Assembly (NCBI GenBank): GCA_016191145.1
Contig: JACPPD010000012.1
Location: 145 to 64,144 of the forward strand
Reading direction: 5' to 3'
Origin: Ignavibacteria bacterium
GTDB taxonomy: Bacteria > Bacteroidota > Ignavibacteria > Kapaibacteriales > Kapaibacteriaceae
DNA: 64,000 nt
In this document: positions 59,839 to 64,000 of the stretch, one piece after another
How the letters are laid out: each line of letters opens with the position of its first letter
How positions within the stretch are numbered: position 1 is the stretch's first letter
Made by a program: the position numbers and the translations under genes
Notes under the pieces: model-generated
Database searches by the model: none
Seen by the model: the letters and a program-made list of their open reading frames with translations, nothing else
Told to the model about the DNA's origin: nothing

Positions 59839-60690
59839 ATGAGTATTAACAAGATTTGTGTTGTAGGCGCCGGTACGATGGGCAATGGAATTGCTCATGT
59901 TGCTGCAAGTACCGGGTATCGCGTAACGATTGTCGACGTTAATGAAAACGCATTAAAGAAGGCAGTGTCTACGATTACTGGGAATCTCGAGCGTCAGGTT
60001 AAAAAGGAAGCGATTACTGCAGACGCAAAGGACAAAGCGTTGTCGATGATTACAACATCTGCCGACCTGGCTTCTGCAGTTAACCATGCCGATTTGATTG
60101 TCGAAGCGGCAAGTGAAAAGCTGGAAGTTAAACAGGCAATATTTAAAAATATTGATGAAGCGGCAGAACCAACTGCAATATTGGCGTCCAACACATCATC
60201 AATATCAATAACAACGTTGGCAGCAGGCACATCGAGGCCCGACAAATTCATTGGCATGCACTTTTTCAATCCCGTGCCTGTGATGAAGCTGTGCGAGATT
60301 ATCCGCGGCTTGGCAACAAGTGATGAAACGTTTGCAGCCACTCGTGATATTGCAGTGGCACTCGGCAAGATGCCTGTAGAGGTGAAGGACTATCCTGGAT
60401 TTATCTCGAATCGTGTGTTGATGCCCATGATCAACGAAGCGGTGTATTGCGTGATGGAGGGTATCGCATCGATAGAAGACATCGATACTGTTATGAAGCT
60501 GGGAATGGCCCATCCCATGGGACCACTGACGCTGGCAGATTTCATCGGGCTCGACGTTTGTCTTAGCATCATGGAAGTTTTGCACGATGGATTGGGAGAT
60601 TCGAAATATCGTCCGTGCCCTTTGCTTAGAAAGATGGTAGCAGCCGGACACCTTGGACGTAAAAGCGGAAAAGGATTTTATTCTTACTGA
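59839..60690 (+). CDS. hbd: 3-hydroxybutyryl-CoA dehydrogenase
   Basis: [22 protein letters not shown] and GRKSGKGFY motifs; 283 aa. Confidence 0.92.
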   Translation: MSINKICVVGAGTMGNGIAHVAASTGYRVTIVDVNENALKKAVSTITGNLERQVKKEAITADAKDKALSMITTSADLASAVNHADLIVEAASEKLEVKQAIFKNIDEAAEPTAILASNTSSISITTLAAGTSRPDKFIGMHFFNPVPVMKLCEIIRGLATSDETFAATRDIAVALGKMPVEVKDYPGFISNRVLMPMINEAVYCVMEGIASIEDIDTVMKLGMAHPMGPLTLADFIGLDVCLSIMEVLHDGLGDSKYRPCPLLRKMVAAGHLGRKSGKGFYSY

Positions 60691-60695
60691 GTAGC

Positions 60696-61664
60696 TTAGC
60701 GGAACCAGCAAATATGTCGAATCGGCGCCCACCAGGTCATGGTTGTTCCGGGCTCCATTTCAGCAGGCTCCTGCGTTCTACGCTGAATAATAGTTGTGCC
60801 GTTAACGTTGGCATGAACAAGCCACTCGTGGCCGATAAACTCCGAAGCAATTATCACAGCTTTCAGTTCCAGTGCATCACCTAAGCCAACATCGGTAATG
60901 TGCTCAGGTCGGATACCCAGGAATTTTCCATCCCATGGAATCATATTCATCGGTGGACTGCCAGTAAAAGTTGCAACGAATTTCGTTGCAGGCGTGCAGT
61001 ACACTTCCGAAGGAGTTCCAACCTGCTGCAAAGCTCCGTCGTTGATGACGGCCATTCTGTCGCTCATCGTCATTGCTTCTACCTGATCGTGTGTGACGTA
61101 AACAGCCGTGACGCCCAGATTCTTCTGCAGGTTCTTCAATTCGGTGCGCATGTGTGTACGCAACTGAGCATCGAGATTTGAAAGGGGCTCATCAAAGAGG
61201 AATACACGGGGTTTGCGCACAATAGCTCTGCCAACGGCAACACGCTGACGTTGCCCGCCCGATAGCTGTCTGGGCTTTCTATCTAACAAAGTATCTATAT
61301 TTAGTAAGGTAGAAATCTCCCTGACTCTTGCCTCGATTGTACTTTTCGACTCTCTTCTAATGCGCAGCGGAAATGCGATGTTTTCGGCAACCGTTAGGTG
61401 AGGATACAGGGCATAGTTCTGAAATACCATTCCAACATCTCGGAAACGCGGTTCGATGTTATTCATCACCGTATTGTCGAACAACAACCTGCCAGACGTC
61501 GCTGATTCGAGACCGGCAATAATTCGCAATAGGGTGCTCTTGCCTGAACCTGAAGGACCAACTAAAACAAAAAATTCACCGGGTTCTATGGTGAATGAGA
61601 CATCGCGCAACGGCACGATGCCATCGAATGTTTTTGTAATTAATTCAAACGAAACTTTTGTCAT
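60696..61664 (-). CDS. ABC transporter ATP-binding protein, MalK/UgpC/MsmX type (no permease or binding protein nearby)
   Basis: Walker A GPSGSGKST, Q-loop, signature LSGGQRQR, Walker B FLFDEPLSNLD, H-loop VTHDQ, and a short C-terminal regulatory domain. Confidence 0.9.
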   Translation of the reverse strand: MTKVSFELITKTFDGIVPLRDVSFTIEPGEFFVLVGPSGSGKSTLLRIIAGLESATSGRLLFDNTVMNNIEPRFRDVGMVFQNYALYPHLTVAENIAFPLRIRRESKSTIEARVREISTLLNIDTLLDRKPRQLSGGQRQRVAVGRAIVRKPRVFLFDEPLSNLDAQLRTHMRTELKNLQKNLGVTAVYVTHDQVEAMTMSDRMAVINDGALQQVGTPSEVYCTPATKFVATFTGSPPMNMIPWDGKFLGIRPEHITDVGLGDALELKAVIIASEFIGHEWLVHANVNGTTIIQRRTQEPAEMEPGTTMTWWAPIRHICWFR

Positions 61665-61667
61665 GCA

Positions 61668-62531
61668 TCACAATCCGGACGCTTTAAGATTTTCAAACAA
61701 GACTTTTTGTTCATCTGTGATCGACTGAGGAAGGTCGACGTGTAGTGTTATATACAGATCTCCCTTTTGGTTTGGGTTGGAGTAATGTGGCATACCCTGA
61801 GCTTTCAATCGCAGCACCTTTCCAAGCTGACTGCATTTGGGAATGGTAACAGATAGGGAACCACTGAGTGTTTGCACTGTATGCTTACCACCGAGAACGG
61901 CCGTAGTAAGCGGAATGTGGTCGGTCGCTTTTAAATCGTCTGCCTCTCGTGTATATCGCGGATGAGGTGCAATGCGTACCTCAAGCACACCTGCAGGGAC
62001 CTTCAGGCGTTGTCCGTCCGTGATACCCGGTTTGAATGTGACGTCGAACTTTGAATTACCAAGTGCCAATCGTTTTTGAACGCCGTTGTATGCTTCCTCA
62101 AGTGTTAGAGTAAGGGAAAACACACTTGTTGGTATTTCACTTGTTGGTTGTGGGCGGCGCCCGGTGCGTCCGCCAAACAATTGCGATATCAGATCTCCGA
62201 ACGACGTTCCTTCGAACGTTTTACCCAGATCGTCGAAGTTGAAGTTATAACGTCCGGCGCGACCAAAATCCTGCCACGTTGTTCCACCTCCGGGAGCAGA
62301 TCTGAACGAGTTGAATTGCGAATTCACCTGATCGTATTTAGCGCGCTTCTCAGGATCGCTCAAAACATCGTATGCTTCACTGATACGTTTAAAGCGTTCT
62401 TCGGCTCCTGGCTCATCGGGATTTGTATCGGGGTGTAATTCACGTGCAAGCTTCCGAAATGCTTTTTTTATTTCAGCCTCGGAAGCCCCCTTCTCCAATC
62501 CTAATTCTTTATAGTAATCGCGAAATTCCAT
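61668..62531 (-). CDS. cbpA: CbpA-like J-domain co-chaperone (DnaJ without zinc finger)
   Basis: DYYKELGL...HPD J domain, a G-rich linker, a DnaJ C-terminal substrate-binding domain, and no CxxCxGxG repeats. Confidence 0.85.
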   Translation of the reverse strand: MEFRDYYKELGLEKGASEAEIKKAFRKLARELHPDTNPDEPGAEERFKRISEAYDVLSDPEKRAKYDQVNSQFNSFRSAPGGGTTWQDFGRAGRYNFNFDDLGKTFEGTSFGDLISQLFGGRTGRRPQPTSEIPTSVFSLTLTLEEAYNGVQKRLALGNSKFDVTFKPGITDGQRLKVPAGVLEVRIAPHPRYTREADDLKATDHIPLTTAVLGGKHTVQTLSGSLSVTIPKCSQLGKVLRLKAQGMPHYSNPNQKGDLYITLHVDLPQSITDEQKVLFENLKASGL

Positions 62532-62570
62532 TTGTGCATAATGACGATTGACGTCATGATTCAGTAGTGA

Positions 62571-62912
62571 TCAGATTGCATCAATGATAGAAATACCAAA
62601 CCATCGATCGAGAAAAAGTGCGATAAGTATGAGGAAGATAATGCCAACAAAGATCACCGCTCCCAGGACCTTACCAGCTCCTGCCTTTGTTTGCCGGAGG
62701 CCGGCCTTGATAGCCGCTTCCGTCATCCTTTCCGTGTAGGCAAATACCGGCACAAATACTGCCACAATGATAGCCATGCCGAGGAGCGTTGCCGTGAGTG
62801 GCCGAAACTGTTCGGTTTCTCTAAGCACGCGGTCTTCGATAGCGCCTGTAATCAAATAGCTTGCAAGAATTGAGATGGTGAAGATCACAGCCTTTGTCAG
62901 GAATCTTAACAT
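62571..62912 (-). CDS. Small three-TM membrane protein, unknown function
   Basis: 113 aa with three hydrophobic helices and GGAG upstream. No motif recognised. Confidence 0.45.
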   Translation of the reverse strand: MLRFLTKAVIFTISILASYLITGAIEDRVLRETEQFRPLTATLLGMAIIVAVFVPVFAYTERMTEAAIKAGLRQTKAGAGKVLGAVIFVGIIFLILIALFLDRWFGISIIDAI

Positions 62913-63063
62913 TAGTACAACTCCGCAGGTTCAGTATGGTGAACCATGTCAGGCTGCCACATTGGACTTTCAGTATTTATTAGTTGTGCAATTGTCGAAT
63001 TTATAGCAACCAACATTATCGTGTGGCACATAGTCAAAGAGAAATGGAGCAGAACAAACAGCG

Positions 63064-63732
63064 TTAAAGCAAATTCCGCTCTGCCATACTCGTATAGTCT
63101 TCACCGCCTATTACGAGATGATCGAGTACGCGAATATCGACTATACGTCCAGCTTCGACAAGCTGCCTGGTAACGGCAATATCCTCTTTTGAGGGTTCCG
63201 TGTTACCCGATGGGTGATTATGAGCAAGAATAACAGCTGCAGCGTTCTCTGATATGGCACACCGGAACACTTCTCTAGGGTGGATGACTACGCTGTTTAA
63301 GCTGCCTTCACTAACAATTACATCACGGATAATGTGGTTAGCGGAATTCAGCAGCACTACATGAAAAGTTTCGTTGCGCAATCTTCTCATTCGTGGGATT
63401 AGCATACCTGCAATTGACTTTGGAGAGGTAACCACCTTCTGCTGATCAAAAGGTTCAGCCTGAATTCTGTGAGCCAATTCAAATGCAGCGCACAACGTGG
63501 CTGCTTTTGCAGTGCCCATGCCGCGCAGCGACCGAAGTTCCGATACATCGCGGCTGGCAAGGTCGGTAAGCTTTGGGTAACGAATCAGCAAGTCCTTAGC
63601 GATATCAGTTACACTCGCCCCTTGCGATCCATTGTTGATGAGCAGTGCAAGCAATTCGTGCGTTGAGAGAGCACGTGCACCAAGCTGCACAAGTCTTTCG
63701 CGGGGCCTGTCGGCATGCGTCGGAGAAATCAT
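63064..63732 (-). CDS. radC: RadC-family (UPF0758) JAB-domain protein
   Basis: The N-terminal RPRERL...LSTHELLALL HhH-like region and the C-terminal JAB motif AHNHPSG; 222 aa. Confidence 0.9.
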   Translation of the reverse strand: MISPTHADRPRERLVQLGARALSTHELLALLINNGSQGASVTDIAKDLLIRYPKLTDLASRDVSELRSLRGMGTAKAATLCAAFELAHRIQAEPFDQQKVVTSPKSIAGMLIPRMRRLRNETFHVVLLNSANHIIRDVIVSEGSLNSVVIHPREVFRCAISENAAAVILAHNHPSGNTEPSKEDIAVTRQLVEAGRIVDIRVLDHLVIGGEDYTSMAERNLL

Positions 63733-63734
63733 AG

Positions 63735-64000
63735 TTACTGTTTCACTTCACCACTTATCCAATCCGCGTAGGGACCATAAGCTTCAGTTATGGGTATTGC
63801 AAAGAATTCGGGAACGGAAAACGGGTGAAGGGAAGTGAATCGCTGCTGCAATTGTGTGACGATGTTAGCGCAAGTTTTGAGAATCAACTGAACTTCCTGT
63901 TCCATGATTTTTTCACCTTGCCATCGATATATCGAAGTTGCGTTACCAATAATCGTTGCGCATGCTGCCAAGTGTTCCTCGACAAGCGTATTTGCAATTG
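63735..64000 (-). CDS. cutA: Divalent-cation tolerance protein CutA (N-terminus beyond the right edge)
   Basis: Reading past the ORF-track start gives ...IANTLVEEHLAACATIIGNATSIYRWQGEK..., the CutA1 core. The frame is open to position 64000. Confidence 0.85.
   Translation of the reverse strand, partial: IANTLVEEHLAACATIIGNATSIYRWQGEKIMEQEVQLILKTCANIVTQLQQRFTSLHPFSVPEFFAIPITEAYGPYADWISGEVKQ

Noticed and set aside
63064-63732. RadC as a marker of a mobile or anti-restriction island
   Set aside because: It has the canonical chromosomal architecture (N-terminal HhH-like region plus JAB). It is flanked by cutA and chaperone genes, with no mobility genes.

Overview
This is a gene-dense 64-kb stretch of bacterial chromosome. 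It is probably from the FCB superphylum (Ignavibacteria/Chlorobi-like). The evidence is two secreted proteins ending in T9SS type-A C-terminal sorting domains, a PorE-like PD40/OmpA protein, bshB1, and DUF2795 and DUF2723 genes.

The content is mostly core housekeeping:
- tRNA/rRNA modification: mnmE, rsmH, rsmB.
- Cofactors: birA, coaX, coaE, pdxB, ispD, PduO-type adenosyltransferase.
- Envelope: bamA, murF, mraY, murG, lgt.
- Central metabolism: eno, pyk, mdh, rpiB, PGM/PMM, hbd, acyl-CoA dehydrogenase.
- Other: rplU-rpmA, trxA, dut, rnhA, radC, cutA.

I call about 65 CDS and one tRNA-Glu(UUC). I saw no rRNA, CRISPR array, transposase, integrase or phage genes, and no recognisable defence or toxin-antitoxin module.

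The most consistent property is extreme packing. There are about 15 same-strand ATGA start/stop overlaps, and five convergent gene pairs whose 3' ends overlap.

I did not find convincing evidence for a wholly new system. The best leads are:
1. Twin perfect 28-nt palindromes with inverted loops in the rplU/DUF2752 spacer.
2. A dcw cluster cut down to rsmH-murF-mraY inside a nine-gene zero-spacer operon. It carries a UgtP/MGDG-synthase-like GT28 gene where murD/ftsW/murG normally sit.
3. A displaced murG coupled to two unknown envelope proteins and SixA.
4. A coupled DUF2752-TM2-phosphatase module.
5. An ArsR / Cys-rich exported rhodanese / DsrE-like locus.
6. A beta-barrel plus PorE-like protein plus lgt cluster.

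All functional calls come from reading motifs by eye. No database search was run.
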